Source of the DNA: Octopus sinensis
Lineage: Eukaryota
Direction: 5' to 3'
Assembly (NCBI RefSeq): GCF_006345805.1
Contig: NW_021829235.1
Location: forward strand, 1-6,812
Length of the DNA stretch: 6,812 nucleotides
In this document: one piece after another, positions 6,795 through 6,812 of the stretch
How positions within the stretch are numbered: position 1 is the stretch's first letter
Layout of the letters: each line of letters starts with the position of its first letter
The notes under the pieces: generated by a model
The model's database searches: none
What the model was told of the DNA's origin: nothing
What the model saw: only the letters and a program-made list of their open reading frames with translations
Program-made: the position numbers and the translations under genes

Positions 6795-6812
6795 GAGGGG
6801 TGATTGTTACTT

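Overview
AT-rich, microsatellite-dense eukaryotic (animal) genomic DNA. It resembles octopus/cephalopod DNA, but that is inference only. Three layers are present. (1) Minus-strand exons of a Mind bomb-like (MIB1/MIB2-type) ankyrin + RING E3 ligase: an ankyrin exon at 6091-6264, a phase-matched RING-HC exon at 2548-2690, and a probable next exon at 1806-1935. The first two exons carry lesions that look like indel errors or pseudogenisation. (2) A near full-length, decayed IR/DR-type Tc1 (DD34E-like) transposon at 3953-5437, flanked by TA, inside the 3.4 kb intron. (3) The most unusual layer is two unrelated near-perfect DNA palindromes with 1-nt centres (about 1251-1581 and 3371-3854). Each carries a complete type I hammerhead ribozyme fold in both arms, so one ribozyme per strand. 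There is also a solitary minimal hammerhead at 3168-3203 and a degenerate hammerhead-like unit near 612-660. These units point their 3' tails into TA-rich microsatellites, consistent with inverted Penelope-like retroelement pLTR remnants. In each palindrome the sense ribozyme is always in the second-transcribed arm, so read-through RNA would lock it in a long dsRNA hairpin.
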